From: an uncultured archaeon
Lineage (GTDB): Archaea; Thermoproteota; Nitrososphaeria; Nitrososphaerales; Gagatemarchaeaceae
Reading direction: 5' to 3'
DNA length: 64,000 nucleotides
Assembly (NCBI GenBank): GCA_963799775.1
Contig: CAWCYD010000003.1
Span: 928,001-992,000 of the forward strand
Shown: in pieces, positions 29,507 through 40,272 of the stretch
Numbering within the stretch: position 1 is the first letter of the stretch
Layout of the letters: each line of letters opens with the position of its first letter
Notes under the pieces: generated by a model
The model's input: only the letters and a program-made list of their open reading frames with translations
Database searches by the model: none
Told to the model about the DNA's origin: nothing
Position numbers and translations under genes: made by a program

Positions 29507-30808
29507 TTGGTTCTCGCGAGAAAATCCATCAAGCAGAACTTCGAGCCCACCCCCCGAATCCACGTGCTCATGGAAGATTTCAGGCAGATGACCAATGATT
29601 GTATCAGAATAGGGCTAGAATTCGAGGAAAGGAATGCAGGCAGGACGCCATCGATGAAGAAGCTCTCCCTTCTAGCATACAATGACCTGAGGACTCGTTA
29701 TGGGGGCTTCGCTCAATACACACTCTGTGCGATATCGAAAGCAGCAGGCATACTATCGGCCCGAAGAAAATCGATTAAGCGAGGACATACGACGAAGAGA
29801 CCCTATCCGTCAAACCCGATGCTTGTTTCTTGCTATGGATTCAAGGTCTCAGGGAATTGCGATGGCCTGATTGTTCATCTTGATGCCAAGACATTCGAAA
29901 CTATCCCATTGAATGACCACACACGGTCGATGTTGATGCCGCGTGGTTCCTCGGTTAGGGTCCGCTCATTTACTCTGACCCCAGAATCGATATCGCTCTG
30001 TATCGCCAAAGAGACGGATTCGAGGGAAAGGAACGAGGTCGTCGCTGCAGTCGGAATCGACAGAAATCTCAAAAACGTAGCTGTCGGCAATGAGAGCTTG
30101 GTCACGCTCTATGATTTGACCAAGGTTCTAGAGATAGGAGAGAATACGAGAAGCGTAATCAAGTCATTCAAGAGAAATGATGTAAGAATAAGAAAGAAGA
30201 TCGCATCAAAGTATGGGAATGGGAGGAAGCGTAGGGTAAGGCAGATACTGAATCGATTGTCAAAGGAAATAGTGATACAAGCAAAGAAGAACAAGCAGCT
30301 GGTCGTCTTTGAGGACATGAGAGATATCCGAAAACTGTACAGGAAGGGGAACTACCAAGGCAGGTCTTTCAGAGATAAGATGAACAGCTCTTTCCCGTAC
30401 GGTGAGCTAAAACGAGAGGTAGACTACAAATCAGCATGGGATGGCGAAGTACCGGTGATGACTCTCACAAAGGGTGAGACCAAAGGAACGACTATGGATT
30501 GTCCACGATGCGGGGAGAGACTCCAAGTGGCATCCAGAAACGACACCGTGCACTACAGACAGCTGTGGTGTCCAAAATGTGAGAGATGGACGGACAGGGA
30601 CGTGGTCGCTGTCATGAACATCTCTCACAGGGGGCTGCTGAGGTTCCGCAGTTCAACAATCAAAGGCGAGGCAATTGAAGCAATGAATGGGAACCCGAAG
30701 GAGGGATGGAGCTCTTACAAAGAGCCGGTAAACCTACGAGTCGATGCCTCGAAGTTAGGTCTGACTGAACGTGCTCCTGGCAAGAAGAAGCATGCCCAGA
30801 GGATCTGA
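29507..30808 (+). mobile_element. tnpB: Stand-alone TnpB RNA-guided nuclease (IS200/IS605/IS607-related, no tnpA)
   Basis: RuvC D (GIDRN), E (FEDM), D (DRDVVAVMNI); CPRC/CPKC zinc finger; visibly more AT-rich than its flanks. Confidence 0.9.
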
Positions 30809-31119
30809 CAGAACCAGCCACAATCCTTTAACGGAAATAAGTTCGCGAAGACCTTCGACGCGGTCCGATGCGCTGAAGGCCTGGCGTCGTTGTAGCATAG
30901 ATTGACCAAAACTCCATCGTATATCTCTAATAGCATCCTGAAACCATGAAAAGAGTCAAGGTTCAGAGTAGCTCTCCTGCGGCACTCCATCCCCCTGTAT
31001 GCGTGAATCATCAGAAAACAGCTTGACCGACCCTCGGTTTGCGAATCCCCCCTTGAATCGCGACATGGGACGCTATTTGAGCCACAATCTTTAACTTTTG
31101 ATTCGAGCTTCTTTGTGCG

Positions 31120-31926
31120 ATGCTCGGGTTCGCTGAAACCTTCGGAGCTATCCTCGGGTCTTTCCTCATTCCCACTCTCGTCGGCCTTCTCCTGGTGTCT
31201 CTGGCGGCGCGTTCGGTCCCAGCGAGATATCTGGCGGCCTTCGCGGTGGGCTTGTATCTATGGTTCTTCTCGGATACGATAGGCGATGCCAACCTGCTCG
31301 GCGTCAGCGAGGGCTTCACGGGAGGTGTCTGGCATGTCGTGCTCTGGGTCATGTTTGCCATCGGCTTGATCGTGTTCTTCTCGGCCGACAGAGACATGTT
31401 TGCCTCAGGCTCTGAAGGGGAGCGCTTCGGCTTTGCCATCCCAATCCTCGTGGCGCTGGCTGTGGGTATCCATGGCTTTGGAGAGGGAGCGGCCGTCGGG
31501 GCCACCGCAGCCACATCTCCGAGCACGAGCCTCCTCGATGCGTTCGGCGGACTGTCAGCGGCAGCTTCGTTCCTGATCCACAAGGGCCTTGAGCCCATGA
31601 TGGTCGGCGCAGCCTATTGGGTCTATGCCAAGGACCACGCTACGGACACGGCCGGAAGGGTGCGGGACATCATCATCCTATTGCTTGCCTTCACGCTCCC
31701 CGGAATAGTCGGAGGCTCTGTGGCCTACTACCTAGTTCAAGCGTATCCTAGCGCGGACTTCACCTACGTCTTCGCGCTGGGGCTGGGGCATTCCATCTAT
31801 GCGGCGTTCAGGCTCGTGCGGCCAGTCTTCACAGGTTTGGGCGGAGACGCAGAGTCCCTGAAGACAGCGCTCGTGGTCATCCTCGGGTTCCTATGCCTTT
31901 ATCTGGCCGCGTCGCTTCACTCGTAG
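31120..31926 (+). CDS. ZIP-like divalent metal transporter
   Basis: About 8 TM helices, GIHGFGEG and LIHKGLE motifs. Confidence 0.65.
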   Translation: MLGFAETFGAILGSFLIPTLVGLLLVSLAARSVPARYLAAFAVGLYLWFFSDTIGDANLLGVSEGFTGGVWHVVLWVMFAIGLIVFFSADRDMFASGSEGERFGFAIPILVALAVGIHGFGEGAAVGATAATSPSTSLLDAFGGLSAAASFLIHKGLEPMMVGAAYWVYAKDHATDTAGRVRDIIILLLAFTLPGIVGGSVAYYLVQAYPSADFTYVFALGLGHSIYAAFRLVRPVFTGLGGDAESLKTALVVILGFLCLYLAASLHS

Positions 31927-31933
31927 CGATTCG

Positions 31934-32393
31934 TTGAACTCGAACCAGAAGATTGCGCTAGTCGTGGTCGTGGTGGCCCTTGTCGGAGGCAGCCTGACCG
32001 CGGGCCTCTTCTTGTTGAGCAAGTCACCGGGCCAGTTCCAGGCCACTCCCTCCTGGTTGCGTAAAGCCTCAGGGAGGCTTCCTCATTATCGCGAGCAACC
32101 TAGGCTACAACGACAGCATCACGCACGGGGCGCCTGAAAAGAACTGGCCGGTCATCACGGTGAAGGAGGGGCAGACCATCAACATCACTGTGTGCAACAT
32201 CGACGTCCAGTCTCACGGCTTCCAGATAACCCACTACTACGATAGCAGTGTGACCACCGTCGAGCCGGGTCAGGTGCTCAAAGTCCCGACGTTCGTCGCC
32301 TCCCAAACAGGGACCTTCCAAATCTACTGCGAGATCTTCTGCTCCATACACATCTACATGCAGAGCGGCCAGTTGATAGTCAGCCCTGCGTGA
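31934..32393 (+). CDS. Cupredoxin with a CuA-like motif (frameshifted)
   Basis: N-terminal TM; SHGF, YCEIFCSIHIYM. Confidence 0.75.
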
Positions 32394-32453
32394 AGCTTCG
32401 TGAAATCTTGAAATCAAGCAGGGCCCTTCGACCTCTTTAGAGGGAAAAGACGC

Positions 32454-32941
32454 ATGTTTTCAACTCGAAAGATTCTATTGATAGCACTCCTTGTCAGTCT
32501 CATGGGCGCCCCACCACACTCGGCCCAATCGGCGTCGTCTGTCTTTGTAAGCATTCCAAATGGGACGGCTTCAGGAGGAGTCGGGCCTGGCTATTCACCT
32601 TCGGCAATCACCATAGTCATAGGTGTGAACAACACCGTGACTTGGACAAACAACGACGACACAGCGCACACTGTGACGCCTAGCGAGACTCCCTCGCCGG
32701 GAAGTTGGTCGTTTGGCTCGGGGAACATGAATCCAGGCGAGGTGTACTCTTTCACTTTCACCGTCCCCGGGAACTACACGTACACGTGCGCTTACCATTC
32801 CTTCATGTTCGCGAGCATCACTGTAAAGTCCAGCGGTTCCCCAGCCCCTGAGTTCAGCCAGGCCCGATAGGACTGACTCTCTTGGTCGCAATGGCCTCCG
32901 CAGTTCTCCTCAGAAGAGCTCTGCGATTGCCCAGGCCCTAG
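32454..32941 (+). CDS. Type 1 cupredoxin with PEF-CTERM-like tail (frameshift near 32865)
   Basis: VTWTNND.AHTV, YTCAYHSFM; PEF then, in another frame, PIGLTLLVAMASAVLLRR. Confidence 0.8.
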
Positions 32942-33050
32942 TCGATCTTGCGACTTTGCGGAGTGGCGGGCATCCTCGTGGGGATATTCCAGGAATTCTC
33001 CAAGGGCTGAGCAGTCAGTACAAAAGCCTCCCTAGCTCACGCTAGGCTGT

Positions 33051-33068
33051 TAAAAAAAGGAAAGGGGG
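33051..33068 (-). terminator. Oligo-T archaeal terminator after the S-layer operon
   Basis: Minus strand reads CCCCCTTTCCTTTTTTT about 15-30 nt after the stop. Confidence 0.5.
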
Positions 33069-33081
33069 AAGCGTCCCTAGC

Positions 33082-34205
33082 TTAGGACAGCTTCCTTACT
33101 AATATTGCTAGTTCGAGGACTAGAGTGATTGCTGCGAGTGCAGCAACTACCAGAACGTATGTCTGGTTGTTGTTGACGGAGTTGGTGAGTGTTGTGAGTT
33201 GGCCGCTGATTCCAGCGACTTGCCCAATGCCTGTAGAGAATGTGCCTAGTGTGTTGGTGATGCCGGTTACTCCAGTGGAGATCCCGTTGACGGTTGTCTG
33301 GACTGCTGAGAGTGTTGTGCTGATGCCGCTGAGCTGTGTTTGGATTGCTGCCAGCGCCGCTGCGTCAGGGCTTGACCCCGAGCTGGTAGCTGTGACGGTC
33401 TGTGTCACTGTAGTTGTTGTTCCTGGGCCCGAGCCGCCTGAAGAGGCCGGCTGGACGGTGAATGTGCCCAAGCCTTCGCCAGTGACGCCGTTGGCGTCAG
33501 TGGTTCCAGCGTGGACTCCGTAGAGCCCTTGGAGCGCTGTTGCTGGTAGGGTGAAGTTCACGTAGTAGTATCCCGTGTGGACTCTCGTGTACGTCCCTAG
33601 GCATACGGCTCCCGCGGCTGTTCCGGGGTTGCAGATGTTGTGTAGTGTGCCATCTGGGTAGTGGATGTGGAAGGGTGACCAAGTCGCGACATCGTCCAAC
33701 GTTCCCGTTGGAGAGGACGTCAGGATGGAAATCCCCACATAGCCAGTACTCGCGATGTAGGTAGCCTGGATGTTGACGGTCATGAAGTAGTTGGATGGGC
33801 CGCCAGATCCCTGGGTTCCGGTCGCTGTGTACTGGAACGTGGATGTGGCTGTTGCTGTCGCGCCGTTGAAGCCCCAGGTCGCGTTGACGGTATAGGCCCG
33901 TGGTCCAACCCGATGCACCACCGGTGACGAAGGCGTAGTTGTACGTCCCCGTTCCGGTTGCGACTGGTTGGCTGCCGATGTCAACGGTTCCTGAATTGAC
34001 CCTTCGTCGTGATGATCACGTTCGAAGAGCCCGAGGGGGCCGGTGTCACCGTTCCCGAGACCTGGACTGTCTGCGTGCCTGCATAGCTTGACGCGCTGGT
34101 CGAGACGGTTATGGTTGAGGCAGCAAAGGCGGCCATTGGCCCTAAGACCAAGACGGCCGCGATTAGGACTGCTGCGATGGTTCTGAGTGTCTTCAAATCA
34201 ATCAC
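33082..34205 (-). CDS. SlaB-like membrane-anchored surface protein (frameshifted at about 33900-33990)
   Basis: Signal peptide, beta-rich domains, heptad stalk (IQTQLSGISTTLSAV...), C-terminal TM helix + RK. Confidence 0.65.
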
Positions 34206-34212
34206 CTGGTGA

Positions 34213-37200
34213 CTAGATTGTCACCGTTGTCGTGCTTGTCGTCGACACTGCGGTTCCTGATGTTGATGTCGTGAACAGAGTCACGGAGTAGGTGCCGGAT
34301 GGCAAGCCGAACAGCACGTTAGTTGCTGTAGCGCTCGATCCTGCGGACACCGTGATCGTTGCTGTGGAGACGTCGACTGTCTGTCCCGCGCCGTTGTGCA
34401 CGACTGCGAAGACGATGACTGTCTGTGGTGCGTTGGAGTTGTTAGTCCATACCGAGTTGACTGTCTTGTAGCCCGCAACCGAGCCGGTTGAGATAGCGCC
34501 GCTGCTTGTTGTCATGCAGCTCGTTGTCTGGCAACCAGTTGTCGTGGAGCCGACTGTGAGAGTTGGTGGCGATGCGAGTCCGATGTTACCGCTGCCCACA
34601 GGCTGCAGTTCGACTGTGTAGCCCGCACCAGAGCTGACTGGCTGTGCGCCAGAGTTGGTCTGGTAGGTGCTGGGGACTGTGAAGGTGCCGGATCCTGCTC
34701 CCTGTGCGTTGGAGAGGATAGCGCCCACTACAGTTCCGCAAGTCGAGCCGCTAACACCGCATGAGTAGGGTGCGAAGAGTACGTTGTAGCCCTTGTTCGA
34801 GTTGAGTCCGTGTGCGTTGAGGACGACGTTGTGCCCGATTGGGGCGGATGACATGTTGAGGTTCGCGCTTGCCTGCAGTTCGAACTGCGCGACACCGGTT
34901 GCAGGACCTGAGCCAAAGTTGGCTCCGGTCTGAGCGAAGATGCAGTATAGTGTACCTTGCTCAAGGCCAGTAGCCGTTGGCATGTCGTTGATAGCGACGG
35001 AAGTCCCTGATGGGACTGCTCCTCCGCTAGTAGAGGTGAAGGCGCCTGCGACTGTTGATGGCTGTCCAGCGGATGCGATAGTGCATGTCGATGGGGGTGA
35101 GCCGCCTGCCATGACAACACCGAGGTCGTACACGGTGCTGCCTGCTAGGCCAGTGCCTGAGACGGACACGCTTCCTCCTACGTTGGCTACGGTTGGCACC
35201 GCAACGAGGCTTGTGCCCTCGTTGAAGAGCATGTCACCGAAGTTCGTTTGGAGCGTTGTGCTCGTTAGGCCTGGATCAGTGTCGAGATAGTCGCCCTGTA
35301 GGTTGTCGGAGAACATCATGCTCGTTCCGATAGCAGAGGTTCTCTGGAGGTCGATGATGTGTGTGCCGCTGGTGTCAGCGGGGATGGTGAACTGGACTCC
35401 GGGCACTGGGATTCCACCAGTTGCCGTGGAAGTGAAGGTCCCTAGGACGGTCCCGGTTACTCCCGGTGACGTGGTGCCAGCGTTCCATATGATGTCATAT
35501 GCCGTGTTCGGGTAGAGTCCGTGGACTCCGAACGTGGTGCCGGTCCTGAGGATGCTTGTTGAGCCTGCAGTGCCCGCGACGCTACTTAGCGCCTGGGTTG
35601 CTGCAGTGCCTCCACCGTTGATTCTCGGGTCGAAGGTCGTCCCTGCGGTGTTCGTCACAGCTGCGCTGGTGACGCTACCTGTGACAACAATGTTCTGGGG
35701 CCATGCACCGAGGTCGGGAACTTGTCCCGCCGCTGTCGCGCAGAAGCCATTGGTTGTTGCACATGTGCCGCCGGAGACCATCGAGGCTCCGCCGACCGTC
35801 AGTGTGAGACTGTCGGTCGCGCCGAATCCGTGTCCAGATACGGTGAATGTTGAAGTTGAGTAGTCAACTGTTGAGGCGCCGTTCACTACCCATGGTGTGA
35901 TACCGAACGACGGGCTGAGGATGTTTGCAGGAGCTGTTCCTGCTTGGGTGACTGTTGGGGGGTAGCTTGCCGCTGTAGTCGGAGCTCCAGAAGTAGACCA
36001 GGCTGTGTCACCTAGACCTGCTTCGGCCAAGAATGCGCCGTTGCAGTCAGGCGACCCTGAGGTTGGGCTCGATCCTTGGAAGACGACAGGTGAGGTCGAC
36101 CAGGTCACTCCAGTTGGAGTGGCGATACTGATCGCTCCGCCTGCTGCTCCGCCACATGCCGTGGCGGGAACGAACCCGTAACCGAAGAAGCCTATCTGAT
36201 TCTGGACCGGCTTGGGGTTGCTACTTGATGCGCTGAAGCCAGTTCCTGGCTTGTAGTTGCCTGAAGATGAATCGATGTTTGCGATACCGGTGCTAGTGGA
36301 TGTCCCTGCGATAGAGGAGATGAATGCTCCTCCCCACGGGAAGTCCTTTGTAGCGCCGGCTGTGCTGATGGCCACTCCTGTGGTCACAGAGCCGAGGGCG
36401 ATGTTGCCGTTAGCATAGCTGAACGTCGATCCCTGGATCGTTACTGGCTGGTTCCCGAACGGCACGTTTGCCGTTGGCGAGAGGACCACGCCGTAGAAGG
36501 TTCCAGTGGAGCTGACGACTATGGCGTTGTGGCTTGTTCCCACACTGCCGATCGTTATGCTGTTCGACGAAATCGTGCCGGCTGCAAAGCCATGGCCCTC
36601 CACGAGTACGGAGGTTGGCGCTGTGCCGAGGAAGCTGTATGTGGTCTTGTCGGCTCCCGAATTGTAGAAGGTGACCCACGGGTTGACCGTGAACGTTGTC
36701 GTTGCGGTCAGTCCAGAGGTAGCACCTGTTGCAGTGACAGTCTTGGATCCGCCCGAGACGTCGGCAATTGAGGTGCCGACTGCGGCCTGACACGATCCCG
36801 CTCCTGTGGTTGCGCTCCCTCCTAGTGTCGTGCCTGTTGTGCACGTGAAGGAGGTTACCACGAACATGGAGGTCGCGATCGTTACCGACTCGCCTGAGCC
36901 GAATCCGGTCACTGAGATAGTTCCGCCGATTGCTTGTTCAGGGAACCCGAAGTTGGAGGTGCCAGAGGTCTTGGAGAAGGATACGGATGGTGTGATGGTG
37001 AATGGAACGCTCACAGTGTTGGTCCCGTCAGTCACGACGATGGTTTCTGGGCCACCGGGGAGTGCGGGGACTGTGAAGACGCTCTTGAAGCTGCCAACTG
37101 CTGTGGTTGTGACACAGCCGGTTGGTGAAGCAGTGTTGATGAGGCTGTCGACCCCGGTGACTCCGCCGATTGCGTTGGCGAAGGTTCCTCCGCAGTTATT

Positions 37201-37527
37201 CTGGCTTGCGGATGGATACCAAGAGGCCGTTGATGTGCCCACTGTCGTTGAGACAGCTATCGGTGCATTGGTGGCGAATCCCGTACCTGTTAGGGTAAGG
37301 GACGAGCCGACAGTGCCCGCGGTGACGCCCGTTAGTTCGGTGGGGCCACCAAGTGTCGACGACAGAGGTGATATTGTCGACAGGGTTACTGTGGCAGTCG
37401 CTGCGTGCGCGCTTTGAAACGGCAGCAGGAATACCATACCTGCTATTCCAGCGAGGAATAGCAGACCTATCGTTCCTAATGAAGCTAGTCTGTTTGTTTG
37501 TGTGATATGCGTTTGCATATTATTCAC
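34213..37527 (-). CDS. Probable major S-layer glycoprotein (SlaA-like), 1104 aa
   Basis: Signal peptide, T/S/G-rich Ig-like repeats, C-terminal TNNSNAPQ.VIVFAVVHN..GQTV...GTYSVTLF domain resembling thaumarchaeal S-layers. Confidence 0.7.
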   Translation of the reverse strand: MNNMQTHITQTNRLASLGTIGLLFLAGIAGMVFLLPFQSAHAATATVTLSTISPLSSTLGGPTELTGVTAGTVGSSLTLTGTGFATNAPIAVSTTVGTSTASWYPSASQNNCGGTFANAIGGVTGVDSLINTASPTGCVTTTAVGSFKSVFTVPALPGGPETIVVTDGTNTVSVPFTITPSVSFSKTSGTSNFGFPEQAIGGTISVTGFGSGESVTIATSMFVVTSFTCTTGTTLGGSATTGAGSCQAAVGTSIADVSGGSKTVTATGATSGLTATTTFTVNPWVTFYNSGADKTTYSFLGTAPTSVLVEGHGFAAGTISSNSITIGSVGTSHNAIVVSSTGTFYGVVLSPTANVPFGNQPVTIQGSTFSYANGNIALGSVTTGVAISTAGATKDFPWGGAFISSIAGTSTSTGIANIDSSSGNYKPGTGFSASSSNPKPVQNQIGFFGYGFVPATACGGAAGGAISIATPTGVTWSTSPVVFQGSSPTSGSPDCNGAFLAEAGLGDTAWSTSGAPTTAASYPPTVTQAGTAPANILSPSFGITPWVVNGASTVDYSTSTFTVSGHGFGATDSLTLTVGGASMVSGGTCATTNGFCATAAGQVPDLGAWPQNIVVTGSVTSAAVTNTAGTTFDPRINGGGTAATQALSSVAGTAGSTSILRTGTTFGVHGLYPNTAYDIIWNAGTTSPGVTGTVLGTFTSTATGGIPVPGVQFTIPADTSGTHIIDLQRTSAIGTSMMFSDNLQGDYLDTDPGLTSTTLQTNFGDMLFNEGTSLVAVPTVANVGGSVSVSGTGLAGSTVYDLGVVMAGGSPPSTCTIASAGQPSTVAGAFTSTSGGAVPSGTSVAINDMPTATGLEQGTLYCIFAQTGANFGSGPATGVAQFELQASANLNMSSAPIGHNVVLNAHGLNSNKGYNVLFAPYSCGVSGSTCGTVVGAILSNAQGAGSGTFTVPSTYQTNSGAQPVSSGAGYTVELQPVGSGNIGLASPPTLTVGSTTTGCQTTSCMTTSSGAISTGSVAGYKTVNSVWTNNSNAPQTVIVFAVVHNGAGQTVDVSTATITVSAGSSATATNVLFGLPSGTYSVTLFTTSTSGTAVSTTSTTTVTI

Positions 37528-37809
37528 TAATTTTCGTAACTTATTGCCTTGGAAGATTCGCTTATAACACTTGTGGATGATTGGTCACCTAGAAGGAAGA
37601 TACATACTTTGATTCCATAGAATGAGGTTGGAGCTGCTTTTTTGGGCGAAAGGGACGCGTTTTGGGCTAATTTTCACGCACGATTTCGGCCTCCGATGGT
37701 CGTTACCATAAAATTGGTAGACGGGCCTGGGTGAGGCACGCCAGATTCGGCGCGGAAACTCGTCAAGTTCAAGGCTTTCTGGGACCAATGCACCCTGAAA
37801 CGGCCGAAT

Positions 37810-39111
37810 CTAAGTTTGAACGCTTGACACTTCAAGCGGGGGATAGGCCGCGTCGCCCGCAGGGCGCGGCGGAGGATTCTGGAACATCGTGACCGAGTAC
37901 TGGTTGCCAAAGTCAGTCCTCCACTTCCCCCCATAGACGTCGTATGTGCTGACGTGGATCTGGTTGTTGTCGGTGTCGAAGTTCAGGATGGTTATCGTCG
38001 CCCCGCCGACCTTGTCCGTGTCGCTCGTGGCCGCGTCCGAGTCGTCGATGCCCCTCCCCGTCAGGTCTGTCGGAATGTCGCAGCAGTCCTGCCTGTCGAA
38101 CATCAGTTGGTTTCTGCCCCGGACAGGGCTCGGCGTGAAGTATCCCGCGTCGGTCCCAAAGTGGCCGTTCAAGGTGAGGAACACGCTCGGGTGCCTGTTC
38201 ACCATTGGGACAAAATCCCTCAAAAAGTCCGCCATCGTCGGGCCTTGGCTGGGGTCAAAGTCCTGCCCTTCCGCGTTCACGTAGGCGTGCGGCGCGAGTA
38301 TCGCATAGTAGCCTGCGAACCGCGGGTCGCTGAGGATCTCCTCGGCCCACCCTATCACGGGCCCCAAGGCGTTCCACTCGACGTTGATCACGAGGAAGTT
38401 CAGCCCGTTGGCGGCGAAGGCCAGGGCCGTGTCCATCCCGTTGTGAAAGTCCCCCACCCATTCCGCATATTGGATGCCGTTCACGAAGGCGCTCATGGTT
38501 GTCGGGTCGAACGCAGGCGCGCCCCAGACGTTGCCCTTCCACCCGGAGGTGGGGTCGCCCAAGACCAGGTCGTCGTGGTTCCCCGCGCACCAGGTGTAGG
38601 GTATGCCGTTCGAGGTCAGGACGTTCATCGCGTCGTTCGCGTGCTCCCACTCCCGCTCCACGCTGCCGGTCTCCACCATGTCCCCAGTGTGGATCACGAG
38701 CTTCCCGTTGTAGGCGGCCCAGTGCTTGGCTATCCAGTTCGTCATCATCTTGAAGAGGGCGGGGTTCCTCTCCGAGAGGAACTGCGTGTCGGTTATCCAG
38801 AATATCGAGAAGCTGTTGGGCGCCGGCGGCGTCCCGAGCGCGGCGGCATCAGGCAGGAACTCAGAGTCCAACCCGTTAACAGGCCTCGAGCCGCCTCTCT
38901 TGGCCAGCGCTCCGGTCGCGGACGAGGAGATGTTCTTCTCTTGCTTCAACATGCCTCCTGCCAGAGTCCCGACCTGGGAGACCACCGCGCCCGCGACCGC
39001 GACACTTCCGGCGAGTCTTAGGAATCGACGCCTCGAGAGCTTGCTCTCGCTCTCGACGTCGGGAGAGCCCACGCACTGGGCTGAATTCTGTCCACTAGAT
39101 AAGCGGCGCAC
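37810..39111 (-). CDS. Tat-exported calcineurin-like metallophosphoesterase
   Basis: SRRRFLR; TDTQ, HTGD, GNHD, NGH. Confidence 0.85.
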   Translation of the reverse strand: MRRLSSGQNSAQCVGSPDVESESKLSRRRFLRLAGSVAVAGAVVSQVGTLAGGMLKQEKNISSSATGALAKRGGSRPVNGLDSEFLPDAAALGTPPAPNSFSIFWITDTQFLSERNPALFKMMTNWIAKHWAAYNGKLVIHTGDMVETGSVEREWEHANDAMNVLTSNGIPYTWCAGNHDDLVLGDPTSGWKGNVWGAPAFDPTTMSAFVNGIQYAEWVGDFHNGMDTALAFAANGLNFLVINVEWNALGPVIGWAEEILSDPRFAGYYAILAPHAYVNAEGQDFDPSQGPTMADFLRDFVPMVNRHPSVFLTLNGHFGTDAGYFTPSPVRGRNQLMFDRQDCCDIPTDLTGRGIDDSDAATSDTDKVGGATITILNFDTDNNQIHVSTYDVYGGKWRTDFGNQYSVTMFQNPPPRPAGDAAYPPLEVSSVQT

Positions 39112-39156
39112 GCTTCGAAATGCGGGGAAAATTGTTTAGCCAATTCACGAAGAAGC

Positions 39157-39209
39157 TCAGGGTTTGAGCTTGAAAATGGCCACTTCGGACTGGTCGTAGA
39201 CCATCTGGA
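39157..39209 (-). repeat. Diverged orphan copy of the last 53 bp of the 594-aa membrane gene (matches 41673..41725)
   Basis: QMVYDQSEVAIFKLKP* vs QMVYNQSGVAIFKLKP*; 6/53 mismatches by hand count. Confidence 0.9.
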
Positions 39210-39320
39210 GACACCTATGTCCGCGGTGGAAGAGACACGCCCTTCCAGACAAAGTTCGAAGGGGACGCAAACGATCTTCTTGAAAGGGCAGGCAAGGCAC
39301 TTCGCGGAAGATTTCAGACT

Positions 39321-39744
39321 CTAGCTCAGCACTCTTGCCCCGAGCTTCTTCCAATCATCGACGTTGTCCGTCAGAATCGTGTGAAGTCCAGCATTCTGCA
39401 TCTTTAGCCATATCATTGCATCCCCCGAGTCATGGTGGCCAACCTCGACGAGTGCGTAGAGCTTCGTCATATCAGCGGATGAGAAGGACGCCGAGGAAAC
39501 CTCCACTTCCAAGTCCTTGAGAAGCACCGGGAACCTCCGGCGGAGTGCCTCCAACATCTCCAGCCTGGCCCTTTTTCCGCCGGCCCTGGCCTTACCTATC
39601 TCATCTTCCATCACTTTCATGAACTCGAACACCATCAGGTCGAGGGTCGAGAGGGTCCATCCCTCCTTCGACCAAGGCCCTCAGCTTCTTGGTGCCGGAG
39701 AAGAAGGCCGAGGTGTCAAGCACCACGACGTCGCTCGACGACAT
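39321..39744 (-). CDS. PIN-domain toxin (frameshift near 39655)
   Basis: MSSSDVVVLDTSAFF...VFEF...DSGDAMI...LTDNVDDW. Confidence 0.75.
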
Positions 39745-39752
39745 CCGAAAAT

Positions 39753-40052
39753 TCACCGCCCGGCTTTGACCCTTCTCGCCAGCATCTCATCTATCTCCTT
39801 CGACGACAAGGCCGATAGACCTGCGGAGGAGACGAGCCTCTCCCATTCATCAAGCGCCGTCCGCTTGCGTCGGGCCTCCAGTGTCCGGAGCAGTTCGCCC
39901 AGCTTCCGCGCTATCTCTTCGTTCGCCGCGATGATGGCAGAATCCTCGGAAGCTAGGACCACGACATCATTGCCAGCCTCTAGGTCGACCAAATCGGGTA
40001 TCGTCACTCTTCTCTTCGCGTCTAGCCTTCTTCTCGTGACGTGGATCGGCAT
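39753..40052 (-). CDS. AbrB-like antitoxin
   Basis: RRRLDAKRRVTIPD..DLEAGNDVVV. Confidence 0.75.
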   Translation of the reverse strand: MPIHVTRRRLDAKRRVTIPDLVDLEAGNDVVVLASEDSAIIAANEEIARKLGELLRTLEARRKRTALDEWERLVSSAGLSALSSKEIDEMLARRVKAGR

Positions 40053-40272
40053 GGATATTCTCCCACTCTTGTCATGGCCAGTGTGGGATTTAAGGCTTGG
40101 CAGGATTCCCACCGAGAATTATTTTCAGCGCGCGGACTCATGGGCGTCGGATTGAGATCGGACCCGACTTGGCAGCATCGCACAAGGAATAGCCCGACGG
40201 CTCCCGTCCAAGAGATAGAGCTTCCGGGAACGTGGGTCAGCTCAGCGATTGCTCGACACGTCGGCCTCAATC

